The notes under the pieces are model-generated. The model was not told the origin of the DNA. It did no database searches and saw nothing but the letters and a program-made list of their open reading frames with translations. Positions 46,631-56,436 of a stretch of DNA of 63,199 nucleotides are shown one piece after another; within the stretch, counting starts at the first letter, position 1, and each line of letters opens with the position of its first letter. The DNA lies in assembly GCA_016219925.1 (NCBI GenBank), contig JACRJU010000001.1, positions 1 to 63,199 of the forward strand, read 5' to 3'. A program made the position numbers and the translations under genes. This DNA comes from Candidatus Uhrbacteria bacterium (GTDB lineage Bacteria; Patescibacteriota; Patescibacteriia; UBA9934; GWF2-40-263).

Positions 46631-46664
46631 TCAATTCTCACTTACGGCACCCGCAAAGATACAT

Positions 46665-46692
46665 AAAAAAACGCGAGGCGTCAACCCCGCGT
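46665..46692 (-). terminator. intrinsic terminator after ndk
   Basis: Stem acgcg-gg/cc-cgcgt (46671-78/46685-92) followed on the minus strand by T6. Confidence 0.6.
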
Positions 46693-46704
46693 CCTTCGAA
46701 CCGG

Positions 46705-47172
46705 TTAAATTCCCTCCCCAACGTGATATCGATCCGTAATTTTTTCGTAAGCGAACAATTCATCCTCGTTGAAAAATCGTTTAATTTCAGTTTGCGCGGA
46801 TTCGGGTGAATCAGAAGCATGAATCAAATTTGATGGGACGTTCATTGAAAGGTCGGCCCGAATCGTTCCAGCATCCGCTTCGCGTGGATTGGTAGATCCC
46901 ACCAATTTACGCACTTCCGAAACCGCGTCATATCCTTCAAGCACCAATCCAGCCACAGGCGTCTGCATCATGAATTCTTTAAGAGCAGCAAAAAATGGTT
47001 TGTCGGAAAGATGCGCATAATGCTCATCCAGCATCTGCGAAGTCAGTCGAATAAACTTCATCCCGATAATCTTCATGCCCTTTCGTTCGAAGCGAGAGAC
47101 GATCTCCCCTAAAAGATCGCGCTGAAGCGCGTCGGGTTTGAGCAAAACAAGAGTGCGTTGTGTTTGTGGCAT
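46705..47172 (-). CDS. ndk: nucleoside diphosphate kinase
   Basis: RTLVLLKPDALQR and NLIHASDS active-site motifs. Confidence 0.93.
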   Translation of the reverse strand: MPQTQRTLVLLKPDALQRDLLGEIVSRFERKGMKIIGMKFIRLTSQMLDEHYAHLSDKPFFAALKEFMMQTPVAGLVLEGYDAVSEVRKLVGSTNPREADAGTIRADLSMNVPSNLIHASDSPESAQTEIKRFFNEDELFAYEKITDRYHVGEGI

Positions 47173-47208
47173 AGGAATAATCTTTGCGCGCAGACTATCA
47201 GTTTTCTC

Positions 47209-48153
47209 TTAAAATGGCAAGAACCTGGGACGAGTCGTGATCGTATGACCGTCTGAAAATATCTCAATATCCCCATCCAAGTCCGTGCGCCAGACCTGCA
47301 CCCCTGCTTGTTTCAGTCGCGAAAGGACGATCGGGTGTGGGTGACCATAGCGATTGTTCACCCCATCTGAAATGATGGCGACCTCCGGTTTGATCTGTTG
47401 CAAAAAGGTGACGCTCGTCGAGGTCTTACTGCCGTGATGACCCGCCTTGAGCACATCCACATCGCCGACAGCGCGAGCAAAATCCGGCTCAATCGCGCTG
47501 GTGGCATCGCCGGTGAGCAGAAGCGATGTTTGTCCATAACGCACACGCACGACAACGGACGTATCATTGCGATCCTTTTTTGTGACGACCGCCTGGTCCG
47601 TCGGCCACAGAATATCCAAAGAGACTCCATCGAAAACGAACGAGTCCCCTTTGCGCACCAAACGAACCGAGGCTCCTTCCTCGGCTTCCGCGCGCGCGAA
47701 TTCATCGATCACCTGCGTCCCCCCGCGCACCCCAGTCTCAAAAATATTTTTCACCTCATACCGCTCGAGGACTCCGACAGAACCGGTGATGTGATCGGCG
47801 TCCGGATGGGTGATCACCACGGTGTCGATATGATGATCCCAAGGCCACATCACTTGCGGCAATTTGCGCAAGATCGTCTGATCGGGTCCGCCATCCACAA
47901 CAATCTGCTCTCCATGCGGCGTCAAAATCAAAATGCCATCGCCTTGGCCAATATCAAAAAACCAAACGCGTAATCCCGGGACAAAAAAAGCGGTAAGCGG
48001 TTGAAACAAATAAAGAGTCAAGAGCAAACAGAAAAAAAGACCGAGAACAAGAAACTTCGTGGAGGGTGAAGCGGCTTTAAGAGGAGTGGCGCGGTGGATG
48101 TGCGAGGTCATGGCGATGAATGAAAAGCCAACACAGCACTCCGGCTCCAGCAA
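47209..48153 (-). CDS. comEC: ComEC/Rec2 C-terminal metallo-beta-lactamase domain protein (split comEC)
   Basis: A TM helix followed by an MBL fold (VITHPDADHITG ... KAGHHGS). Overlaps the upstream ORF by 77 nt in another frame. An alternative start lies at 48111. Confidence 0.8.
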   Translation of the reverse strand: MLEPECCVGFSFIAMTSHIHRATPLKAASPSTKFLVLGLFFCLLLTLYLFQPLTAFFVPGLRVWFFDIGQGDGILILTPHGEQIVVDGGPDQTILRKLPQVMWPWDHHIDTVVITHPDADHITGSVGVLERYEVKNIFETGVRGGTQVIDEFARAEAEEGASVRLVRKGDSFVFDGVSLDILWPTDQAVVTKKDRNDTSVVVRVRYGQTSLLLTGDATSAIEPDFARAVGDVDVLKAGHHGSKTSTSVTFLQQIKPEVAIISDGVNNRYGHPHPIVLSRLKQAGVQVWRTDLDGDIEIFSDGHTITTRPRFLPF

Positions 48154-49570
48154 CCCCAGCGATCAGATGCGCTGATGTCACAGAAATGCTGGCAAAAGAA
48201 AGATCCCCTAAAACGCGAACGACGCTTAGGGCATAGAACGAAAGAGCTAAAGCGGGGAGAGCAACCACCGAAGCCAAAAGTGGAGACAACAAACTTACGG
48301 CAAGGACGAGAGCTCCAAGCGCCATCAAAAAAGGCACGACTGGCAAGATCAACACGTTGGCAACGGGAGCGATAAGAGAAAGGGAACCGAAGTGCCACAA
48401 GGTGATTGGGAGCGTAAAAATAATCGCGGTGAGTGAAGAGGCGGCGGCTTCGCGCAAACCAAGCGTGGTTGGAATCATCTTTAATGGCTCAGTCCATAAT
48501 GGAGAAATGAACAAGAGTGCCGCCGTCGCCACAAAAGAAAGTTGAAAACCAACATCGTTTAATAAGAGAAGCGGATTAGCCAGAAGCATCAGGGCAAGGG
48601 TGAGCAGAAAAATGTTGAGCATCTGTGCCTTGCGCCGCAACGCCATCTGCAAAATAAGAAGGCCGCCCATCAAGCCCGCGCGAATAATCGAAGCGGTCGC
48701 GCCGGCAATCAAAACATATCCAAATAGAATGAACGAGCTCGTGAGGAGTCCTGTGCGACGACCAAGCGGACTGCGCAACAGCCACGCCAAAAGCATCAGA
48801 GAAAAAATAGAAACATTATAGCCGGACGCAGCCAGGACATGGGACGTTCCTGTTCGAGAGAAGTCATCGCGCATGGTTTTGGAAAGTCCGGCGTTGCCGC
48901 CGAAGAGCAAGCCTGCAACAAATGAACCATGAGGTTCGGGCACGATCTGCTTAAGGCGAGCAACCAACCGATCCCGCCATCGCAACAGATGGGTCTGTAT
49001 CGGCACGTCCGTCGACATTTTCACATCGGTAAATTGCGGAAAAGAACAGACAGCCAAAATACCGCGCGCAAAAAGCGCCCGATCATAAGCAAACCCCTCG
49101 ATGGGTTGCGGCTTTTCAAGCGCACAAGAAAACGTCACCCAATCGCCAGGCTGTACGGATGGATATAATCCAAATCGAACCAACACGTGTCCCGCAACAG
49201 ATTGAGAGGCGATGACGACATCGGAAACAGTCGCTTGTCGAAATGCTAAACGTTCCTCTACATCCTGAACAAGGCCGCTTACTCGCACGGCTGCTCCTAT
49301 GCGATCGCTTACGTCTGCGACGCGCGGCGGTAAAAAACTTTGCTGATACCGGAAGAGTCCAAATACGAAAACACCAGCCAGCAAAAATCCGAGTCTCGTG
49401 CCCCGAGAAGTCACCAGCGCACATCCTCCAAAAATAAGCGCCGCACCTCCTAATAAAAAACGCATCGCTCCAAAAAAGAGAGGTCCCGCGAGAATTCCCA
49501 AACAAAAAGCGACCAAAACCGCGCGGAGTGTTTTGGATGGGGAAAACGATAAAGATGCAAAAGAGATCAC
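48077..49570 (-). CDS. comEC: ComEC/Rec2 competence membrane-channel domain protein (split comEC)
   Basis: 497 aa polytopic protein with an OB-like N-terminal region and a competence domain. Confidence 0.8.
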   Translation of the reverse strand: MISFASLSFSPSKTLRAVLVAFCLGILAGPLFFGAMRFLLGGAALIFGGCALVTSRGTRLGFLLAGVFVFGLFRYQQSFLPPRVADVSDRIGAAVRVSGLVQDVEERLAFRQATVSDVVIASQSVAGHVLVRFGLYPSVQPGDWVTFSCALEKPQPIEGFAYDRALFARGILAVCSFPQFTDVKMSTDVPIQTHLLRWRDRLVARLKQIVPEPHGSFVAGLLFGGNAGLSKTMRDDFSRTGTSHVLAASGYNVSIFSLMLLAWLLRSPLGRRTGLLTSSFILFGYVLIAGATASIIRAGLMGGLLILQMALRRKAQMLNIFLLTLALMLLANPLLLLNDVGFQLSFVATAALLFISPLWTEPLKMIPTTLGLREAAASSLTAIIFTLPITLWHFGSLSLIAPVANVLILPVVPFLMALGALVLAVSLLSPLLASVVALPALALSFYALSVVRVLGDLSFASISVTSAHLIAGVAGAGVLCWLFIHRHDLAHPPRHSS

Positions 49571-50892
49571 AGGTGCTGATCCGGGATCCCAATCCCGAAG
49601 TAGCGAAATCCTTGTGCAGGTAAATCAAGATCACACAAGGCGTTACGCCCGTCGAAAATTACGGGGTCAACCATGTGAGTTTTGAGTGTGGCAAAAGAGA
49701 CCGCGCGTAACTCGGGCCATTCCGTCAAGACGACGAGAGCATCAGCTCCGGACGCGGCATCAATGGCTGTCGGCGCATACGACACCGTGTCAGGCAGGAC
49801 GCGCGCGGCGTTCGTTTGCGCTTTGGGATCAAACGCCACCACTTCGGCGCCGTGCGCCACTAGCGCTTGCACAAACACAATCGCGGCAGACTCGCGAATA
49901 TCATCCGTATCCGGTTTAAAGGCCAGTCCCCATACGCCAATGCGACGTCCTTTGAGAGGCCCAAGAACGCTCTGCATTTTTTGAAAAAATCGTTGCCACT
50001 GACGATTGTTGACATCAATAACGGCGCTCAACAATTTAAAATCGTATCCATTGATTCCCGCGTATGATTTCAATGCGCTCACGTCCTTGGGGAAACACGA
50101 TCCGCCAAATCCGATCCCCGCGCGCAAGAACTGTGGGCCAATGCGACGGTCCAAACCAATGCCATGGGCGATCTCGCGGACATCTGCACCGGTCCCCTCA
50201 ACAATATTCGCCACTTCATTGATAAATGAAATTTTTGTTGCCAAAAACGCATTCGCACACACTTTGATGAGCTCCGCCGATTCGATGCTCGTGCGCACGA
50301 CAGGACTTTTAATCCCTTGATGCAATTGTTCAGCGGTTTGAAAAACCACGTCGTCATCCGCTCCAATGACGATGCGGTCTGGATGCATGAAATCATCAAG
50401 AGCACTGCCCTCGCGCAAAAATTCTGGAATTGAAGCGATGTGAATGAGCGCGGCGAGATCCGTTTTCCCCTGCTTACACATACGTTCATGAATGCGCGAA
50501 AGAACGTGGCGGTTGGTTCCCACAGGAACGGTACTTTTTACGACGACCAACGCTTCGTGCGTTAAGAACTCACCGATCTGATCTGCCGCTTTGAGCACAT
50601 AAGAAAGGTCGGCCTGTCCCCGCGCGGTCGGAGGAGTTTGAACCGCAATCATAATGACATCGGCTTGATCAATCACGCTTTTCAAGTCCAACGTAAAAAC
50701 AATCTGTCCCTGCTCTTGAAGCGACTTGAGCGTTTCTTCAAGTCCGGGTTCATAAAACGGCGCTTGACCCAAATCCAGTTGAGCCATTTTGGCGCTGTCG
50801 GTATCCACACAGGCTACGCGGTGCCCCAAAGAGGCAAAGCCAAGACCCGTGGTTAACCCAACATATCCCGTTCCAATCATGACGATATTCAT
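49567..50892 (-). CDS. ugd: UDP-glucose 6-dehydrogenase
   Basis: MNIVMIGTGYVGLTTG Rossmann motif and GGSCFPKD catalytic Cys. Confidence 0.9.
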   Translation of the reverse strand: MNIVMIGTGYVGLTTGLGFASLGHRVACVDTDSAKMAQLDLGQAPFYEPGLEETLKSLQEQGQIVFTLDLKSVIDQADVIMIAVQTPPTARGQADLSYVLKAADQIGEFLTHEALVVVKSTVPVGTNRHVLSRIHERMCKQGKTDLAALIHIASIPEFLREGSALDDFMHPDRIVIGADDDVVFQTAEQLHQGIKSPVVRTSIESAELIKVCANAFLATKISFINEVANIVEGTGADVREIAHGIGLDRRIGPQFLRAGIGFGGSCFPKDVSALKSYAGINGYDFKLLSAVIDVNNRQWQRFFQKMQSVLGPLKGRRIGVWGLAFKPDTDDIRESAAIVFVQALVAHGAEVVAFDPKAQTNAARVLPDTVSYAPTAIDAASGADALVVLTEWPELRAVSFATLKTHMVDPVIFDGRNALCDLDLPAQGFRYFGIGIPDQHL

Positions 50893-51446
50893 AACAAACC
50901 CAATAATCGTTTGAGGCCCTCCTTGGCTGGTGCGTGATATTTTGCCCGAACAAGTTCTAAACGCAAGTCCTGTTCAATCCAAGCCAACTTTCCCCCATCA
51001 ACCAAATCAATGAGTTCATCAAGCGTGACCCATTCGATTTCAATCCACTCACCGGCATCCAAATGGGGAACTTGTTGGTATGTCACGTTCCGAGCGACAT
51101 AGACAAAAATTTGCCATTCCATTTTTGAAAGCGGACGCGTCTGACGATACAAAATCCACTCAGGGGAAACAAAACCTGTCTCCTCAAGAAGCTCCCGCTT
51201 GGCGCCATCAAGACTCTCCTCCCCTTTTTCGATACGGCCGCCGGGTAAACAGTAAAACAGCGGCTTGCGAGGTTGTTCTTGTTTTTGCAACAGGATTTTT
51301 CCCTCTTTAATCGCAAGAACCTCGGCGGTATCTTGACGCGCGAGCATCTCAAAGGTCTCCGTTGTCCCATCAAACATTTCTTGCGGCCACTGGTAAACAT
51401 CAAACAGCACACCGGAAAAAACTTTTTTTGCGTTTTCAGGAATCAT
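50889..51446 (-). CDS. NUDIX hydrolase
   Basis: Nudix box GGRIEKGEESLDGAKRELLEETG. Confidence 0.85.
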   Translation of the reverse strand: MIPENAKKVFSGVLFDVYQWPQEMFDGTTETFEMLARQDTAEVLAIKEGKILLQKQEQPRKPLFYCLPGGRIEKGEESLDGAKRELLEETGFVSPEWILYRQTRPLSKMEWQIFVYVARNVTYQQVPHLDAGEWIEIEWVTLDELIDLVDGGKLAWIEQDLRLELVRAKYHAPAKEGLKRLLGLL

Positions 51447-51459
51447 ACACGTCGTCCCA

Positions 51460-54216
51460 TTACACTATCAGATTGATAATGCGGCCAGCCACATAAACGG
51501 TCTTGCGAATCGTCTGGCCTTCGAGATGTTTTTGCACGTTGGGTTCTCGCAGAGCACGCGCTTGGACCTGTTCTTGTGGGGCATCAGGAGCCACGTCGAT
51601 GGTGGCGCGCATTTTTCCATTGATCTGCACGCCAATGGAGACGACTTCTGCTTGAGCAATTTTTGGATCGAACATCGGCCATGGCAAAGTCTCAAGCAAT
51701 TCTTTTCCTCCAAACGACTCGTGAAGTTCATTTGAAAGATGAGGGGCGAACGGACACAAGACTCGCAAAAATAAGAAAAATGATGTTGAACGGATCCCTC
51801 CCATCTGCTTGACCCCGTTGATAAAAATCATCATCTGCGAGACCGCTGTATTGAATCGCATGGCTTCGACATCTTCGGAAACTTTCTTGATGGTTTGATG
51901 CAAAAGTCGTGTGACTTCCGCGTCTTCTGCGTCTACGATTTTTTGTCCTGCATCTATGACCTTCTCCAAAAATCTCCGCATGCCCACCAGGCCGTTCAGG
52001 CTCCATGGCACTGGCTCTGCAAACGGTCCCATAAACAATTCATAAAGTCGCACCGCATCCGCGCCGTACTGCTCAACCATCTCGTCGGGATTTACGACGT
52101 TGCCTTTAGACTTGGACATCTTCGTGCCATCTTCGGCCAAGATGAGCCCGTGACTGGTGCGTTTGGCATAAGGTTCGCTCACCGGAACATGACCACGATC
52201 GAACAAAAATTTGTTCCAGAACCGAGAGTAAAGCAAATGAAGCGTGGTGTGTTCCATACCGCCGTTATACCAATCCACCGGCATCCAATATTTTAACTTT
52301 TCTGGGGCGGCGAACGCGGTGTCGTTGTGCGGATCGATGTAACGCAAAAAGTACCAGCTTGAGCCGGCCCAGTTCGGCATCGTATCTGTCTCGCGTTTGG
52401 CCGGACTTCCACAAGTTGGACACGAGGTATTCACCCAATCAGCCATCGCGGCAAGTGGCGATTCTCCCGTATCTGTGGGCTCATATTTTTCGACAATCGG
52501 AAGCACGACTGGCAGGTGTTCCACAGGGACCGCAACCCAACCGCACGTTTGGCAAAACACCAGCGGGATCGGCTCGCCCCAATAGCGCTGGCGCGAAAAC
52601 ACCCAATCACGCAGTTTGTATTGAACCTTTTTTTCTCCGCCGACTTTTTTGGGAATCGCTGATTTGGCCTGCTCATTTTCCATGCCGTCAAACTCCCCAG
52701 AATTCATAAGCACGCCGGGTTGGGTGTGAACAATCAGCGGTTGATACCACGTGTTGCGAGCGAGGGCCCCGTTAATATAGTTCCCTGGATCTTTGGGATC
52801 GTACGGCAGATGATTGAACTCGCAAGCAAGCTCATCAATGCGCGCCATAGTCTGCGCGTTCATGACCAAACGTTCGATGTGGCCATCGGTATGCTTGAAC
52901 AGAAAGACGGTCTCATCGCCGACGTATTCGTTCCAAAACCCCGGCGCCATTTTTTCACTCATGAGCCGCTCAAACTCTTTTTCTCGCCCGCGTGGAATCT
53001 CCACCTCATAATCACCATCCGCGGTCTTGCGTGCAATCGTCACACCGATATTTTCAAAATCAGCCGGTGAGATTCCATCGGCTCCCATCACATAACTGCG
53101 CACGGGTGCATTCGCCAGACGAATCACTTGCCGGACCGGTAGATGAAACGCCGTCGCAAACGCGAAATCACGCTCATCATGAGCCGGCACTGCCATGATC
53201 GCCCCTGTGCCATAACCACCCAACACATAGTCCGCAACCCACACAGGAATCTCTTCCTGATTGGCCGGATTGATCGCACGCACCCCGGTATCGACACCGG
53301 TTTTTTCGCGATCCTCCGCGCCGCGATCAATCTCACTTCGCTTGAGCGCCGCAGACACATAAACCTGAACCTCGTCGCTGGCCTTCCATCCGACTTGAAT
53401 CCACTCTTGAGCTTTTTCAGGCGAGACCACTAAAAAAGTCGCTCCAAACAACGTATCCGGACGGGTGGTGAAAACCGTAACGTGATGTTTGCCGTCAGGC
53501 TGTCCTGGGACCATCAGCGAAAAATTAATCTGCACGCCCTCGCTCCTGCCAATCCAGTTGCGCTGTTGTGTTTTGATCTTCTCTAAATAATTCACGCTTT
53601 CCAAATCCTCCAACAACCGGTCCGCATATTTTGTAATCGCAATCATCCATTGTTCCTTGTGACGTTTTTCCGTCGGTCCCCCGCAACGTTCACACTTCCC
53701 ATCAACCACTTCCTCATTAGCCAAACCGATCTTGCATGACAGACACCAATTGATCGGCATGCGGGCTTTGTACGCGAGGCCTGCTTTGAAAAATTCCAAA
53801 AACATCCATTGGGTCCACTTATAATACGAGGGATCTGTGGTGTTCACTTCCCGTGACCAATCAAAACTGAACCCGAGCGATTGCAGTTGACGCTTGAACG
53901 TTGCGACGTTTTCGTTCGTTACTTCTTGAGGCGGCCGGCCGGTTTTGATGGCATAGTTTTCCGTGGGCAAACCGAACGCATCCCATCCAATCGGGTAAAG
54001 CACGTTATACCCCTCCATTCTTCGCTTGCGCGCCACCACATCGAGCGCCGTGTATGAGCGCGGATGACCAATGTGCAAACCTGCGCCAGAAGGATAAGGA
54101 AACTCGATCAGGCAATAAAACTTTGGCTTGATTGAATTGTCTTTAGCATGAAACACACCGGCTTGTTGCCAACGTTCCTGCCATTTTTTTTCCACGTCTT
54201 GATGATTGTAGGGCAT
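51460..54216 (-). CDS. leuS: leucyl-tRNA synthetase
   Basis: Start MPYNHQDVEKKWQERW (ORF open to 54261). Contains a HIGH-type motif (LHIGH), KMSKS and a CP1 editing domain. Confidence 0.95.
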   Translation of the reverse strand: MPYNHQDVEKKWQERWQQAGVFHAKDNSIKPKFYCLIEFPYPSGAGLHIGHPRSYTALDVVARKRRMEGYNVLYPIGWDAFGLPTENYAIKTGRPPQEVTNENVATFKRQLQSLGFSFDWSREVNTTDPSYYKWTQWMFLEFFKAGLAYKARMPINWCLSCKIGLANEEVVDGKCERCGGPTEKRHKEQWMIAITKYADRLLEDLESVNYLEKIKTQQRNWIGRSEGVQINFSLMVPGQPDGKHHVTVFTTRPDTLFGATFLVVSPEKAQEWIQVGWKASDEVQVYVSAALKRSEIDRGAEDREKTGVDTGVRAINPANQEEIPVWVADYVLGGYGTGAIMAVPAHDERDFAFATAFHLPVRQVIRLANAPVRSYVMGADGISPADFENIGVTIARKTADGDYEVEIPRGREKEFERLMSEKMAPGFWNEYVGDETVFLFKHTDGHIERLVMNAQTMARIDELACEFNHLPYDPKDPGNYINGALARNTWYQPLIVHTQPGVLMNSGEFDGMENEQAKSAIPKKVGGEKKVQYKLRDWVFSRQRYWGEPIPLVFCQTCGWVAVPVEHLPVVLPIVEKYEPTDTGESPLAAMADWVNTSCPTCGSPAKRETDTMPNWAGSSWYFLRYIDPHNDTAFAAPEKLKYWMPVDWYNGGMEHTTLHLLYSRFWNKFLFDRGHVPVSEPYAKRTSHGLILAEDGTKMSKSKGNVVNPDEMVEQYGADAVRLYELFMGPFAEPVPWSLNGLVGMRRFLEKVIDAGQKIVDAEDAEVTRLLHQTIKKVSEDVEAMRFNTAVSQMMIFINGVKQMGGIRSTSFFLFLRVLCPFAPHLSNELHESFGGKELLETLPWPMFDPKIAQAEVVSIGVQINGKMRATIDVAPDAPQEQVQARALREPNVQKHLEGQTIRKTVYVAGRIINLIV

Positions 54217-54276
54217 AAAAGAGTTCCAACCGATCTTATCAAACCGCAAGGCGCTGTGCAAAACGGGTATTCAAGA

Positions 54277-54305
54277 TTGACAAAACGATCTCATCAAGCT
54301 ATCCT
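54277..54305 (+). promoter_or_regulatory. sigma70-like promoter for the orphan plus-strand gene
   Basis: TTGACA (54277-82), a 17-nt spacer, then TATCCT (54300-05), 31 nt upstream of the ATG at 54337. Confidence 0.45.
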
Positions 54306-54336
54306 TCCCGTCTGTCCGCAATCAAGCGAGGTTCTC

Positions 54337-55191
54337 ATGCTGGACGGATTCGCTCTCTCCCATCGCCAAATCGCTCTGAACGGCAATCCCCGGATTCTCG
54401 GGGATGAATTGATGGGCCTAAAGGTCTTCGCGGCCTGTACACGACCGTTTGCTCCCATGCCCCTGGACGTATTCGCCCGATCGCGACTGGCGCGCGTGCA
54501 AGTTCTGCATCTGGAGGCCTTCCTCGAAGAAGCCACACATTCTTTCGAACCCATGCAGGATCATGAAAGACGTCTGATCGAAGCGGTGATCTTGCATCGC
54601 ATGGGGCATGGATTCCGTCGTTCGAACGATGGAATGAAGGTTCGCTACAAAACCGTCGTCGGAGCGATGGAACAAGATCGCCTGACTCTGCTTCTGCTCG
54701 ATCTGCATCCCAACGAGGCTCGGCGCGTCGTTGGGATCGCAAAGATGCCACACATCTACGAAGCCCAGTGGCGCAGAGAGTTCTTCGGTGCCGCGGCGAC
54801 GGTAAGGACGATCAAGTCCCTGTGTCGCCTGAACGCCATCCACGTCGTCCTCCCGACGATCCATGAAGATGTCGACCTCGGGGTCGACCTGTTCGCTCTC
54901 AACGGGGTCTCACGCCTGGCCATCAGCGTGAAGTCCACAGCGATGGTCCAGCACACTACTGCTGAAATCGTCATGGACCGATACTTAAGAAGAACGGACA
55001 CAAAAGCCTTCGACGCTCACGACCGCCAACGCATCTTCGACGGAGCGCGCACAGTCTCTGTGCGCTACCAACGTCCCTTCACGCCCGCGCGAGTCATGGT
55101 TGCTCGATCTTCCACGGTGTTGACTGCGACCTCGCCGTCCGACGCCGATCTGACCGTGGTCAAACACATCGTCACATCCCTTTCTCAGTGA
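54337..55191 (+). CDS. hypothetical protein (GC-rich orphan)
   Basis: 284 aa from MLDGFALSHRQ; the ORF is open upstream to 54148, inside leuS. It is the only plus-strand gene between 33.7 and 59.7 kb, with its own promoter-like and terminator elements. About 62% GC on a hand-counted sample. Confidence 0.55.
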   Translation: MLDGFALSHRQIALNGNPRILGDELMGLKVFAACTRPFAPMPLDVFARSRLARVQVLHLEAFLEEATHSFEPMQDHERRLIEAVILHRMGHGFRRSNDGMKVRYKTVVGAMEQDRLTLLLLDLHPNEARRVVGIAKMPHIYEAQWRREFFGAAATVRTIKSLCRLNAIHVVLPTIHEDVDLGVDLFALNGVSRLAISVKSTAMVQHTTAEIVMDRYLRRTDTKAFDAHDRQRIFDGARTVSVRYQRPFTPARVMVARSSTVLTATSPSDADLTVVKHIVTSLSQ

Positions 55192-55213
55192 GCCATCTGG
55201 CTCTTCTTTTTTT
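55190..55213 (+). terminator. intrinsic terminator after the orphan gene
   Basis: gagcc-atct-ggctc hairpin overlapping the stop codon, then TTCTTTTTTT. Confidence 0.6.
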
Positions 55214-55215
55214 GA

Positions 55216-56436
55216 TTAAAAAGGGCTTGCTTGCTCCAAACGTTCAAGTGCGATCACAAAAGCCGCACGGCGCAAATCTGTTTTGAGGATTTGAGATCGC
55301 TCAAAAATGGCTTGGGCTTGGATCTGGATAGTTTTTTTGAGTTTCTCAACAACATCCGCTTCGCTCCAGTGCTCCCCTTTCTTATTTTGTTCCCATTCGT
55401 AAGCAGAGACCGTCACTCCGCCTGAGTTCGCCAAAATATCCGGGATAACAGGAACGCCTGCCACAAACAACTCATCATCCGCCTCCGGCGTTGTCGGACC
55501 ATTGGCAAGTTCCAAAATTATTTTTGTTTTGAGACGCGAGACGTTCTCTTTTGTGATTTGATTTTCCAGTGCCGCCGGAACAAGAACCTCATTCTCCACT
55601 TCTAAAATACTTCCGACGAAATCCTTTCCTCCCGCAAAGCCAGCGACGGATCCCGTCTGATGTTTGTGTGCACTCAAAGCGGCAATATCAAACCCATCGG
55701 GATTTACCACTGCTCCTTTGGAGTCCGACACTCCAACGATCTGATGACCCGCATGAAAGAAAAATTCTGCTGCATGTTCGCCGGCATTGCCAAATCCTTG
55801 AATCACTAAACGGCACCTCTGCGGAAGTTCAAGCGATTCACGAAGCGCTTCAAACACCTCGAACCCGCCCCGCGCGGTTGCACGGTCGCGTCCAAGAGAA
55901 CCGCCGTGCTCTACCGGCTTGCCGGTAATCACGGCGCCTGAACGGTCACCGGTTATTGTGGCATACTCATCAGCCATCCAAGCCATGATTTGTGGGGTGG
56001 TGTTGACGTCCGGAGCGGGAACATCCTTGTCTGGTCCGACCACATCCACAAGCGCGCGCATCCACGCGCGCGACAAACGCTCAAGCTCACCGCTCGAGAA
56101 TTCTTTTGGATTGATCGTCGCACCCCCTTTGCCACCTCCCATCGGAAGATCTGCCACCGCACATTTAAGCGTCATCCAAAACGCGAGAGCTTTCACCTCT
56201 TCTATATCCGTCTGTTCATGAAACCGAATCCCGCCCTTGTACGGTCCACGCCAGTTGTTGTGTTGGACCCGGTAATACTCAACCATCTGTAATGTCCCAT
56301 CGTCACGTAACAAGGGGATGTGTCCGCGAATCTCGCGATGAGGAAATGAAAGACGTACAATGAACGCCGGGTCAAATGATTGGACGGCAACTGCACGCTT
56401 GAGTTGCAAAAGGGCGTTTTCAAATAGAGTCTTCAT
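55216..56436 (-). CDS. gdhA: Glu/Leu/Phe/Val-family dehydrogenase (glutamate dehydrogenase)
   Basis: PYKGGIRFH and LPMGGGKGG motifs; 406 aa. Confidence 0.88.
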   Translation of the reverse strand: MKTLFENALLQLKRAVAVQSFDPAFIVRLSFPHREIRGHIPLLRDDGTLQMVEYYRVQHNNWRGPYKGGIRFHEQTDIEEVKALAFWMTLKCAVADLPMGGGKGGATINPKEFSSGELERLSRAWMRALVDVVGPDKDVPAPDVNTTPQIMAWMADEYATITGDRSGAVITGKPVEHGGSLGRDRATARGGFEVFEALRESLELPQRCRLVIQGFGNAGEHAAEFFFHAGHQIVGVSDSKGAVVNPDGFDIAALSAHKHQTGSVAGFAGGKDFVGSILEVENEVLVPAALENQITKENVSRLKTKIILELANGPTTPEADDELFVAGVPVIPDILANSGGVTVSAYEWEQNKKGEHWSEADVVEKLKKTIQIQAQAIFERSQILKTDLRRAAFVIALERLEQASPF

